From a virus: DNA of 64,000 bases. How positions within the stretch are numbered: position 1 is the first letter of the stretch; every line of letters starts with the position of its first letter. Location: positions 38,519-102,518 of IMG/VR virus record IMGVR_UViG_3300001679_000053. The stretch is one strand, 5' to 3'. This document shows positions 19,235-28,510 of the stretch, piece after piece. The notes beneath the pieces are model-generated. The model worked only from the letters and a program-made list of their open reading frames with translations. It did not search any database and was not told the origin of the DNA. Made by a program: the position numbers and the translations under genes.

Positions 19235-19277
19235 AAAAGTGCGGCAGAGTATTTGTATGCCCGCTCTGCCAGCGGCC
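19235..19277 (-). terminator. terminator-like hairpin, copy 2
   Basis: GCCGCTGGCAGAG-loop-CTCTGCCGCACTTTT after ssb. Confidence 0.6.
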
Positions 19278-19296
19278 ATTATAAACAAGCTTGAGA

Positions 19297-20076
19297 TTAA
19301 CCTGACATTAGTTCATCAAATGCACGGTCCACGTCATTCTTTCCACCCTTATTTTGGTGGTTGTATGACGTTGTCTCAGACGAGCGCGCTTCAGCGGTTT
19401 TTTCGCCGGCTAACTGCTCATCGAGAATCACATCTACCTGCTCTGGAGTAAGGCGCTCAAAAAGAGAATCAAACTCTGGAATACCATCTAGGAGGGCGGG
19501 GACGGCTTCATTATCCTTAAGCAGTGGCGAAGTGTTTCTACGCATCTTCAGGCTTGTTTGTGGGTACGCGCCCGGCTTATTGGGCTTCGTATAGGTTAGG
19601 GTGATATCGGTGCCCTCTTGCACATCAGTGACATCACCGTATTCAGGATCAAGAATATACCCGAGCAAAAGTTCATACGCCTGCTTTCCGTAGCCGTAAA
19701 TCTTCGCTCCCTCATCCTCTCGACCTCGTACAACGACTGGTGAGAAGTACCGAGTGCGCACAAAGAGTGACTTTGCTAGCTTCTTGGTTTCCTCATCGTT
19801 TGTGTCTGTTCCTTCACGCCACAACTGTGAGGCAAAATCGCAGATGGGGCAGCGTTCTCCGTAGTTTCGCTTCGGACACACAACACCTCCCCTATGATCT
19901 CCCACGTTATAGTGGAAGAACATTTCCTTCAACGGATCTCCATCCGCTGTTGGTACAATACGGATATCCGTATCTCCCTCGTCTGGCTTGAACCAGTGTG
20001 AAGTTCCGTCAGAACCTCTTCCGTCACCGCGCAAATTTGCGAGCTTGCGGCGCATAAGCTCCATGTTGATTCCCAT
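19297..20076 (-). CDS. single-stranded DNA-binding protein (T4 gp32-like)
   Basis: WFKP...IRIVP, H..C..CPIC Zn site, GTDITL, acidic C-terminus AFDELMSG. Confidence 0.85.
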   Translation of the reverse strand: MGINMELMRRKLANLRGDGRGSDGTSHWFKPDEGDTDIRIVPTADGDPLKEMFFHYNVGDHRGGVVCPKRNYGERCPICDFASQLWREGTDTNDEETKKLAKSLFVRTRYFSPVVVRGREDEGAKIYGYGKQAYELLLGYILDPEYGDVTDVQEGTDITLTYTKPNKPGAYPQTSLKMRRNTSPLLKDNEAVPALLDGIPEFDSLFERLTPEQVDVILDEQLAGEKTAEARSSETTSYNHQNKGGKNDVDRAFDELMSG

Positions 20077-20099
20077 AATGTTTCTCCTTTATGATGGGT

Positions 20100-20127
20100 A
20101 TTATAACACTCTATTCAAGATTGTCAA
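20100..20127 (-). promoter_or_regulatory. sigma70-type promoter for ssb
   Basis: TTGACA-16-TATAAT with TG extension. Confidence 0.8.
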
Positions 20128-20971
20128 GAGTATTTGTTTGAATTGCGTTAGTGTGGGCAACGCAGAGCCCAAAATCTTGCTCATGAAAAGTTTCATAGAT
20201 TGCATATGAATGGCGTAAATAGGCGTTTGAATTCTTTCTTTTCAGACTTTCAACAATACGCTTATGTAATCCTCCATCGCTCTCTAATTTTTTATCATTT
20301 ACACATAGATAATAACATATTTCACGAGGGTTGTCAAGCTGAAAGAACCATTTTTCTTGAAGTTTTTCTACGGTGGCAAATCCTATCGCCCTGATCCTGT
20401 TTATTTCTTGGGGGCGAGACACATTGCCAATCTCCGGTTCGTTGTGAGTGAAATAGTTGATAAAATGAATGGCTGAAACAATGGTTTTGTTTAGAGAATC
20501 ATAAAAATTCTTAATGGGAACCGTATTTCCCATGGCCAGTTCTACAAATTCGTTGGAAATTATAGTGAGACTGTGAAGTAAGCCTGAGCGAGCATATTCC
20601 TGTAGGATCCCTCCTACTACCTTTTCTATCTTTGCGGGAGTGTCAGCTAATAGGTCGGTGTCGGGCTTTATATAGAATACATCTACTTTCTTATCTTGGA
20701 GTTGTTCTAAAATTCCTAATGAGTAATTAGAACTTAATGAGGATCCCATAATAAAAACCTGCATGTGTTTGTCAGCATCTTTAAAAAACTTTTTTAAATT
20801 AGGAATATTGTCTTCGTATTCTTCTGGACTGTCGAAAGTCTTAAGTTTAAAGTTCCCCTTGCTGTTCTTTTTAACTTTGTCATTTAAACAGTAAATATTA
20901 TATTGAGAATGTTCTTTAAATCTCGCGGCGATGGCGCTGGCGCCGTTGCCGATGCCCACTACCGACATCAT
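20111..20971 (-). CDS. degenerate tubulin/FtsZ-fold protein
   Basis: N-terminal VVGIGNGASAIA, YIKP, LTIISNE, NKTI; GGGTGTG signature replaced by GSSLSS. Confidence 0.55.
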   Translation of the reverse strand: MMSVVGIGNGASAIAARFKEHSQYNIYCLNDKVKKNSKGNFKLKTFDSPEEYEDNIPNLKKFFKDADKHMQVFIMGSSLSSNYSLGILEQLQDKKVDVFYIKPDTDLLADTPAKIEKVVGGILQEYARSGLLHSLTIISNEFVELAMGNTVPIKNFYDSLNKTIVSAIHFINYFTHNEPEIGNVSRPQEINRIRAIGFATVEKLQEKWFFQLDNPREICYYLCVNDKKLESDGGLHKRIVESLKRKNSNAYLRHSYAIYETFHEQDFGLCVAHTNAIQTNTLDNLE

Positions 20972-22155
20972 AGTTTTAGCTCGTTCAGATCTAAGTAATT
21001 TGGGCCCGCAGACATATTGACCAGATAGCGTCCCAACTGGTTATTCGCAAAAATCTCTTTGATCTCGGGTACGAGATGTCTTTCTTTACTATCTAAATCT
21101 ATCACGATTTCATCATGTACTATATGGGAGATAAATGAACTCTTATCCTTCAATAATTCCGAAATTCGGCAAGCGCGTTCTAACACCAAATCAGAGGTGG
21201 TGCTCTGGATCAAATAATTTAAGGCGCGCCGGCGATCCACTTTAATTTCCCTTCCGAATATAGTACTAATATATCCTTCTGAGTACCATTTGTCAAGTAC
21301 TTTTTCTCGATCATAGTATTCAGTATTAATTGCCTTAGAATCAGGATTATAGAGCCATGCAAAGAAAATGGTCTTAGCTTCTTCTCTGGGAATATCGGCG
21401 CGCTCAAGAACGTTCTTCAGATTCCACGAATGAATATCTTCTGGCGGCTGTGGTATACCACTGAGGGCCAACAGGGTGCGTACTTCTGCTCCGTTATAGT
21501 CCAGCGACAGGAACCAGTCATTGCGAGGCTTTATAAGCCTCCTAAGCTCTTTTCTCATTGTCAGTATAGGGAATGAGTGGGTCCTCGTGGTAAGACGCCC
21601 TGTGACGGTACCAAACAGGTTATAGTCAATATAGTTTTGCTTATTAAGATACTTTTGCGCTTCTTTACGGAGAGCGCTCTTTACAAAAATTTCGCGGCAC
21701 TCCTCATTATTTAAATTGAGCGTTTGATACTTGATCTGGTGAAGGAGTGTTTGTACGTCGCTTAAGAACGTATAGTTAGAGGGTTTATCGCATGTTTGAA
21801 AAACATGTTCGGTGATCTTATTTTTTATTTCTAAGAATCTCACGATAAAATCATGTGGCACCAAATCAAAAAAGCAGTGTTCATATAGATCCACTTTAGC
21901 CAGTTCAAAAGAGCGTCGGTAAGCCCTCATTTTTTTGGCTGATGCGGCATACTCTTCTTTAAGTGATTCCGGGCATGCAGCCTCCAAAGAAATACCACCA
22001 CAATATAGCCATGCGTATTCCGCTGCGGTACCCTCTAGCGTACCTGAATACTTCCAAGTTCGATCTAAATTAGAGGGAATCTGGTCAAAGAGGAGCTTAC
22101 CATCCTGATAAACCCCTACACACTCTTTCTTGTCGTCGATCGTTTGGAAGTACAT
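20968..22155 (-). CDS. minimal family A DNA polymerase (polymerase domain only)
   Basis: TVTGRL, motif A LDYNGAEVR, motif B REEAKTIFFAWLY, NYLIQST, motif C VHDE. Confidence 0.85.
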   Translation of the reverse strand: MYFQTIDDKKECVGVYQDGKLLFDQIPSNLDRTWKYSGTLEGTAAEYAWLYCGGISLEAACPESLKEEYAASAKKMRAYRRSFELAKVDLYEHCFFDLVPHDFIVRFLEIKNKITEHVFQTCDKPSNYTFLSDVQTLLHQIKYQTLNLNNEECREIFVKSALRKEAQKYLNKQNYIDYNLFGTVTGRLTTRTHSFPILTMRKELRRLIKPRNDWFLSLDYNGAEVRTLLALSGIPQPPEDIHSWNLKNVLERADIPREEAKTIFFAWLYNPDSKAINTEYYDREKVLDKWYSEGYISTIFGREIKVDRRRALNYLIQSTTSDLVLERACRISELLKDKSSFISHIVHDEIVIDLDSKERHLVPEIKEIFANNQLGRYLVNMSAGPNYLDLNELKL

Positions 22156-22160
22156 TAGCC

Positions 22161-23456
22161 TTACTTTTCTAAATCAATTCTATCGAACTTACTCTTAATA
22201 TAGCTTAAAGAGCCCATATAGTCAAACGTTTTATTTAAAATTCTTTCAAAAATGTCGACAGCTGCCCGGGGTTTCCTTCGAAACACCTCCATACAATCAT
22301 CAATCAATAACGTTTTTTCATTATTTGTATAAGGGCTCTCTTCTTCCATAAATCTGATTGTACAGTATAGCCTAAAGAAAAACAACTCACTATATCGCTC
22401 TTTGAAAATTTGGGGGGGATATTCTATCGGCCTGGTGGTCTTTACTGTTGGTGCCTTAGAGCTATTACACGTAACTGCCTTAAAGGAGGGATATTTAACC
22501 TGATTATAAAAGCGGAGCATTATATTTCTAAAGTCTCGATAATATCCTCGGTGTGCTGGCGTATATGCTCCACGTAAAACCCTGTCGGTGCTACCCATGT
22601 TATATGTTGCAGCCTTTCGCAGCATAGGACTAGAGGCGATATCAGCTACAAGGCGGCCAGGATATAGTTTGTCCACCATAAAGCCATAACTACGACAGGC
22701 ATTTAGATAATACTCCCAATTTGAACTATAGGTGAGTTTGAGTATTTTTTCTACATCGGCGGCGGGTGAAATATCTGCGATTTCTATGACGAGACCAGAG
22801 ACATGAACGGGGCAATAGTTGCTTTTTATGAATGCGGGAAAAGTGAAGGGTTGCTTTCGGGCAGTCTTTTTAAGGTAGGGTAAAAGTTTAGCTAGAAAGT
22901 CATCAAAACTTATAATCGATTCATTATCATCTTTAAAAATTGAGTCGATTGCATCTTTGTATATTCTCAAGTGATCATAGTAAAGTTTATGTGGGTTTTC
23001 ATAGGCTTTATATACCTGAAGCTCCGATAAATAGGGATCGGCGGCACTAATTTTCTTAGACATCACAGATTTTCTAAATTGGTATGTCATTTCATTGAAA
23101 TTTTCTTCTACAAAGTTTAAAGCCTTAAAATCACCCTCCGTTTTACTTCCTCTGATATTTACAATTTGTGTGTTGGGGTCGCTAACAACCATAGGGACAA
23201 ATAGCCGGCTGGTGCGCCCATATAGATGTTTCTCAGCAAAATTGAAATCTACCACGTTAGAATAATCTTCTGTGGCTATCGCGACTTCATTTTTATACCG
23301 AAGGCGCTTGTTGTATAGATTCTTGGTTGTGTTATCTGCATACAAGCTTTCTATGTATAGATCACTCATATTGGTTGGAGTGCTATCACCGGCCTGTGCA
23401 TCCGTGTCTGAAGGAGCTTCACTTTGACGGTAAATAATATTATCAGAAGATGCCAT
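22161..23456 (-). CDS. hypothetical protein (end of baseplate operon)
   Basis: 431-aa ORF, tight packing. Confidence 0.6.
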   Translation of the reverse strand: MASSDNIIYRQSEAPSDTDAQAGDSTPTNMSDLYIESLYADNTTKNLYNKRLRYKNEVAIATEDYSNVVDFNFAEKHLYGRTSRLFVPMVVSDPNTQIVNIRGSKTEGDFKALNFVEENFNEMTYQFRKSVMSKKISAADPYLSELQVYKAYENPHKLYYDHLRIYKDAIDSIFKDDNESIISFDDFLAKLLPYLKKTARKQPFTFPAFIKSNYCPVHVSGLVIEIADISPAADVEKILKLTYSSNWEYYLNACRSYGFMVDKLYPGRLVADIASSPMLRKAATYNMGSTDRVLRGAYTPAHRGYYRDFRNIMLRFYNQVKYPSFKAVTCNSSKAPTVKTTRPIEYPPQIFKERYSELFFFRLYCTIRFMEEESPYTNNEKTLLIDDCMEVFRRKPRAAVDIFERILNKTFDYMGSLSYIKSKFDRIDLEK

Positions 23457-23480
23457 TTGGTTTCTCTATTGTGTTGAAAT

Positions 23481-26400
23481 TCATTGTCCGGGGGCCTCGC
23501 CCACCGTGTCGCCGGGCTCGTCTTTCTTTCCTCTTTCGGTACCCGCGGTCGAGTATACCCCCTTGATGAAGCTACACTTAGTTTGCCTCTCTATCGCTTT
23601 GCCTTCGGCATCCACCGTATCGTATCTATCACTTCCTGTTTCGGATTTTTGGTCGCCACCAATGGAAGCAACCCACACTGCGTCTATACGCGTGTTTGCG
23701 ATGCCGGGTCCAAATGAATGTGCGCTTCGGACAATCATGTAGTATCCACCAATTCCATAAGTGCTCAAATCTCGTGCACTTAACTTATCGGGGTCGATTT
23801 TAGAGCTAAATGTCATATTAGGGGCTAATCCTAGAGGATTTACAAAAATGTAGGAGCCAGGGAAAGCACTCACATTCGCATATGTATCAATTGTAACGTT
23901 ATACACTTCGCGCAGCTGGGCTAACCCATCATATCCATCTTGTTCGAAGCGAACCTCTTTGAGGCCCGGGGCTTCCGTTTTTGTAAATTTTATAGTCTTC
24001 ACTATACCGGCGTCTTTGCCTGCTGTGTAATGCATCACTCCGCGTGCCATGTCTTCATAAGGATCTCCATTCATTCTTTCATTCGGTGAGTTTCGTCCTG
24101 CATAATAACAAATATAATTTATTTCACGGGATAAGCCGCGCGAAGTGACCGGGCTGCCGGGGGGGCCAGAGACTTCTAGAATTGGCCACCGATCAATAGG
24201 GCGCCAACTGGCAGTGTTGTCTTGACCGGCATCGTGATAATAAAGATGCAAGCGATTCGTATCGTGACTCGTACGTTCTTTGGTCCGCACTCTATATTCA
24301 GCTAGCATCTCACTAAAAACGTCAGATGTATTTTCTTGTCTATTATATGCTGTTATCGCCGTCTGGCATAGTGTAGTTTTCTGTTTAGACTGTCCTGTCC
24401 CTCGCTTAAAACATTCTCCATCATTAACAAAGCCCTTTATCAATCCATTAATAAAATCATTTAAAAAAGCAGAGATGGGATAGTAGGGGCGATCTTTAGC
24501 TAGCGTGCGGCCCGTGAGCCATTCCATAAAGTACTTATATGATATTGGCAGATCCCCTATGTTCACCGACAACGATTCGCCCGGATTAGCCATATTTAAT
24601 ATTTCTATGGGGCCAAAGACTGCCCGATACCTTCGGAAATTTTCACGCAATCGAACCGCACGATATAGATCACCCTGAACTTCAGCGGAATGGCCGGCGT
24701 CCAGCGCATTATTGAGGGCGGTTTTCTGGAGTGCGGTAAGGGCGCCATAATTTGCCGGTGAGTAATTATCAGCCAATTCCGCGGACTTCCAGGCTTTTTT
24801 CATCTTAGAGTGCATGCTTGCGTCATCAAAATCCCCCTCGGCGCCGCCGCTGTTTACACGTTTTGTATAAAATTCTACAGCAGCATCCAAATTGTTATCT
24901 ATGGATTTTAATATAATATCAATTAAATCGCTAACATAGAAATATACCAAAGCAACTTGCTGTGTGCTGTTTGCATTTTTTTTGTCTGTATGTCCTTGTC
25001 CCTTAGCTGTGGGGTTATCTTTATATTCTTTAACGGCCGCGGCTAAGCCATTCTTTAACCCTTTTTTGGCATCTCGTAAATTGTTAATGTCAAGGGCTTC
25101 CTCTTCGGCTTTCTTTAAGTTAAAATAAGCAGGATTCTCTGAGTATTTTCGGAGAGAACTGTATTTAAGATTAATATATCTTAAGTTAGTGCCTTCTTGT
25201 AGCAAACTCCAGATACTGGCCCGGGCATCGGATAATTCTTTTAGCACCTCTTCGTGTTGATCTTCTTTAAATTTAGATAATGCATCCGAGTCGCACGTGT
25301 CCGCAATCATCCTATATCGTAATTCTCTCTCTTTTTGAGCCTCTAACGACTTGTAATCGCTAAAGATGCTGTAAGATGGTTCATCAAAGAAGTCGTCTAT
25401 GTACGCCAGGTACTGAATTTTGAAGGTGACTCTCCCCATCTCATCAAAGTCAAAGGTGTGGATGGTGGGGGTCAAGTTTATAGTTACGAATGACGAGCTT
25501 AGTGTGTTGGCAATTGCTGGGCTTGAGAGCCCTTGTACACCGGGAGGTCTTGACCATCCCACAACTGCCTTGAGTCTAAAATTAAGCTTTGAAAGATTAT
25601 ATCGCTTGGCTTTGTCGTTGGGACTAAGGTTGTTGCCGTGGGCTGCGTCAAAGCTGTCTAAAGACGACATTCCGCCGGTTTTAAGTGCCAAGTCAATATA
25701 GGAGTACCCCCCTCGGTCGCGTGTAAGTTCATCAAATGTGTTGGCAAAAATAGTTAGTTCGGCACTAATGCTTTTTTTCAATGCGAATGGATTGCTGGCC
25801 TCATAATTGACATTAAAGCTTTTGATGCCGGCTCCGAATCCGCGTTTGCCCGTGGGCTTCATAAATTCCTCAAGATCCTGTCGGGTGGTAGAGGTGTCGA
25901 ACAGCATTTCTGTTGAGTTTTCTTCAAGCTGGGTCGTCGATGCGTTCCGGGTTTCGGTCACTCGGAAAAGACGTATTTGTGGCTGCAGCTGAGATAGATC
26001 TGCAGTAGGCAGATCAATAAACGTTTGTTGGTCTGGATATTGTGTTAGGCGGTTTATAAATGCGTATGGAGTGAGAGCATCTATCATTATGCTGCTATTG
26101 GTGGGGACTACATTTTTCGGGTCCGAGGACGGCCCCACAGTTTGCCCCTCGTCTATATAAGGAAGATTTTTATGTTCATCTTCATTTTCATTGAGGACAT
26201 CAACTCTGTGTTGTACAATATGAAAAATTTGTGATAAGAGAAAACATTGCTCTCGATACTCAACAGTGTCATATGCTATGCCAGCGCGGGAAATCTTGGA
26301 TGTTGGAGTGTCAGGGGGGGTTGCGGCTTTCGCTTCCTCTTCCTTCTCCCGCTCCATTAGATTTCCAGTGAGCATGTTCTGGTTACCGTCTTTAGTGGAG

Positions 26401-26996
26401 CCGGCGGATAGTGTGTTGGCAATTTTGTCTTCACCATTCTGATTACTGGTGTCTCTAAGGTGAATTTTGAGCTTCTCGAATACTACGGTGGCGCCGAATT
26501 TCGGGTGGCCGGCAGCTATCCTCGTCGTACCTTTGAAATATTCGCCCTCGTACGCGTATTCATCAAACTCCTCGTCGGTCATCTGTTCCCATGCATTAAT
26601 ACCATCAGTTGTAAGGCGCGCCGCTATCCCGCTTCGGTTGGCCGCGGCATCCATGTAACCCTCTGCCCATTCGGAGGACGTATCAGCAGCGTGACCGTCG
26701 GCTTCGGCGGCTGCTATCAAAATAGCCATGGCTTCCCTGCCACCTACATCCCCCGAAGTAGTCGTGGTCAGGGTGCCATCATCACCGACGCCTTCTGAAG
26801 CGCTTAAACTACCGTATCGAGTTGACCACAGATCATCACCTGGCCAGGACTCATCGAAGAGGCCGTCATCATCATAAGCATAGACGTCACCCCACTCTGA
26901 TTGCAGCCCCCCCCAGTTCTGGTTCATGCGCGCCTTGTAGGCTGCTATCACGGCGGCGCGATGAGTTTGCCTCTCTTCTGAAGTTAACTCCGGCAT
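23481..26996 (-). CDS. putative baseplate hub / tail-associated protein
   Basis: position after tube-initiator and LysM-like genes; C-terminal GIGGYYMIVRSAHSF hub-like motif. Confidence 0.55.
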   Translation of the reverse strand: MPELTSEERQTHRAAVIAAYKARMNQNWGGLQSEWGDVYAYDDDGLFDESWPGDDLWSTRYGSLSASEGVGDDGTLTTTTSGDVGGREAMAILIAAAEADGHAADTSSEWAEGYMDAAANRSGIAARLTTDGINAWEQMTDEEFDEYAYEGEYFKGTTRIAAGHPKFGATVVFEKLKIHLRDTSNQNGEDKIANTLSAGSTKDGNQNMLTGNLMEREKEEEAKAATPPDTPTSKISRAGIAYDTVEYREQCFLLSQIFHIVQHRVDVLNENEDEHKNLPYIDEGQTVGPSSDPKNVVPTNSSIMIDALTPYAFINRLTQYPDQQTFIDLPTADLSQLQPQIRLFRVTETRNASTTQLEENSTEMLFDTSTTRQDLEEFMKPTGKRGFGAGIKSFNVNYEASNPFALKKSISAELTIFANTFDELTRDRGGYSYIDLALKTGGMSSLDSFDAAHGNNLSPNDKAKRYNLSKLNFRLKAVVGWSRPPGVQGLSSPAIANTLSSSFVTINLTPTIHTFDFDEMGRVTFKIQYLAYIDDFFDEPSYSIFSDYKSLEAQKERELRYRMIADTCDSDALSKFKEDQHEEVLKELSDARASIWSLLQEGTNLRYINLKYSSLRKYSENPAYFNLKKAEEEALDINNLRDAKKGLKNGLAAAVKEYKDNPTAKGQGHTDKKNANSTQQVALVYFYVSDLIDIILKSIDNNLDAAVEFYTKRVNSGGAEGDFDDASMHSKMKKAWKSAELADNYSPANYGALTALQKTALNNALDAGHSAEVQGDLYRAVRLRENFRRYRAVFGPIEILNMANPGESLSVNIGDLPISYKYFMEWLTGRTLAKDRPYYPISAFLNDFINGLIKGFVNDGECFKRGTGQSKQKTTLCQTAITAYNRQENTSDVFSEMLAEYRVRTKERTSHDTNRLHLYYHDAGQDNTASWRPIDRWPILEVSGPPGSPVTSRGLSREINYICYYAGRNSPNERMNGDPYEDMARGVMHYTAGKDAGIVKTIKFTKTEAPGLKEVRFEQDGYDGLAQLREVYNVTIDTYANVSAFPGSYIFVNPLGLAPNMTFSSKIDPDKLSARDLSTYGIGGYYMIVRSAHSFGPGIANTRIDAVWVASIGGDQKSETGSDRYDTVDAEGKAIERQTKCSFIKGVYSTAGTERGKKDEPGDTVGEAPGQ

Positions 26997-26997
26997 A

Positions 26998-27336
26998 TTA
27001 TAGTCCTAAAATTTCCAATACGCTGGAGGCATTGACCGGAATGCTAATTTGATCCCCTGGGAAGATGTCTGCTTCCGTCGGTGTTCCATTATACCATGCA
27101 ATGATCCACCATAGGCGAGAGTCTCCATAGTATTGATGGGCCATCTGGTAAAACCGATCACCATACTTCCAAATGTAGGCGTTAGTCGTTAAACTTGCGC
27201 GGGCATTGACGCCCGGGTTAATCAGTCGAGGTGTGGCGTACTGGATTATGCGCTTCTTATCGTTTCTTTTCTTGCGCAAAAATGAGTAATAATCGCTAGC
27301 ATTAATAAGGCGCCTTGTGTCTTGATATCTTCCCAT
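26998..27336 (-). CDS. baseplate wedge protein (LysM/gp53/tail X-like)
   Basis: GDRFYQMAHQYYGDSRLWWIIAWYN...PGDQISIP. Confidence 0.8.
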   Translation of the reverse strand: MGRYQDTRRLINASDYYSFLRKKRNDKKRIIQYATPRLINPGVNARASLTTNAYIWKYGDRFYQMAHQYYGDSRLWWIIAWYNGTPTEADIFPGDQISIPVNASSVLEILGL

Positions 27337-27345
27337 AGTTTATCC

Positions 27346-28479
27346 TTATTTGTCCCAGCCCGCAAAGCCGTCGTCGGCGGGTATGGCGCCAAGGCCGGCT
27401 CTGCGTTCTATTTCGGACCACTCCTTTTCTGCATAGTTGCCTCTTAGTGCAGACTCTTCATATGCATTGAGATCTCCGTCTTTGAGTGCGCTTAAATCAC
27501 TCCCTAAACGCCCTCGACCTATACCAAATGGACCAGATGTTCCAAACATGCCGCCATAACGTGCCTCTGCGTCGTCAAGCTGCTGCTGTCGTACATCGCG
27601 CATTTCACGTGCTTTTTCAGCGAGCGTTGCTTTCATGTCAAATGACAGGCTCTCGGATCCGGTGTCCCAGGGCTCCTCCAAGACCACATTGTATGGAAAC
27701 CCGGGTGCTAGTTCATTACCAGAGGAGTCGAAGCCGATGGTTTGTTCATGAATGCAATTAAAGGTTACCGATACATCAATCAATTTGGGCAAAACAGTAT
27801 TAAAGCCTTTTTCCAGAACACCTTCTTTTTCCAAGTTATGGTCTATCTGAACCGATGAAATTACACCAAGTATACCTTGATTGGCTATATTGGTGGACTT
27901 ATATTGGTCGAAAAGGGCTGAGCCGCTCATGGTACGGGCTATGACGTGGTGATTCTGTGCCCACAGCGCGTGGGAACGGCCGTAGGGGTCACCGCTGGCC
28001 GGCCCAAGTTGTGCCAAGTTCATTACTTTCATGCGAACAAGAGGCGACTGCCCAATGATTCGTCCGCCGCCTTCGTCGTCGATATACGTAGGATATAAGT
28101 ACTGAGTTAATTTCTGTACTCTGCCTAAGTTTTCGTATGCTTCGCCTTCTGAGAATGCGGGTACTTTAAAGTTTAACGAGATCTGGCGTTGGGTGCCTTT
28201 AAACATGTAAATTGGATCGGTGCGTCCATATACTGTATCTGATGCCCAATCGCTATTAAACGTTTCGTTATAGGCGACAATGAAGGCTTTGAAATATACA
28301 GCCTTTTGGCTCGGGACGTGGAAGAATGACAATTGCATCCCTCGGATACCATCAGAACTCGCATAAGCATCAGACGGATCGACCTCGATAACAGGCATAC
28401 CAGTGCCCTTGACACCAGTTGTGGTCTTGCCATATTTTCCGCTTCTAAATTGATCTGTCCAGTTTTGCCAGTCTGCCAT
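27346..28479 (-). CDS. tail tube initiator / baseplate protein
   Basis: W....VYGRTDPIYMFKGTQRQISLNF motif; follows tape measure. Confidence 0.65.
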   Translation of the reverse strand: MADWQNWTDQFRSGKYGKTTTGVKGTGMPVIEVDPSDAYASSDGIRGMQLSFFHVPSQKAVYFKAFIVAYNETFNSDWASDTVYGRTDPIYMFKGTQRQISLNFKVPAFSEGEAYENLGRVQKLTQYLYPTYIDDEGGGRIIGQSPLVRMKVMNLAQLGPASGDPYGRSHALWAQNHHVIARTMSGSALFDQYKSTNIANQGILGVISSVQIDHNLEKEGVLEKGFNTVLPKLIDVSVTFNCIHEQTIGFDSSGNELAPGFPYNVVLEEPWDTGSESLSFDMKATLAEKAREMRDVRQQQLDDAEARYGGMFGTSGPFGIGRGRLGSDLSALKDGDLNAYEESALRGNYAEKEWSEIERRAGLGAIPADDGFAGWDK

Positions 28480-28510
28480 TTGTACTGTTTCCTTTTAAAT
28501 TATATACCGG

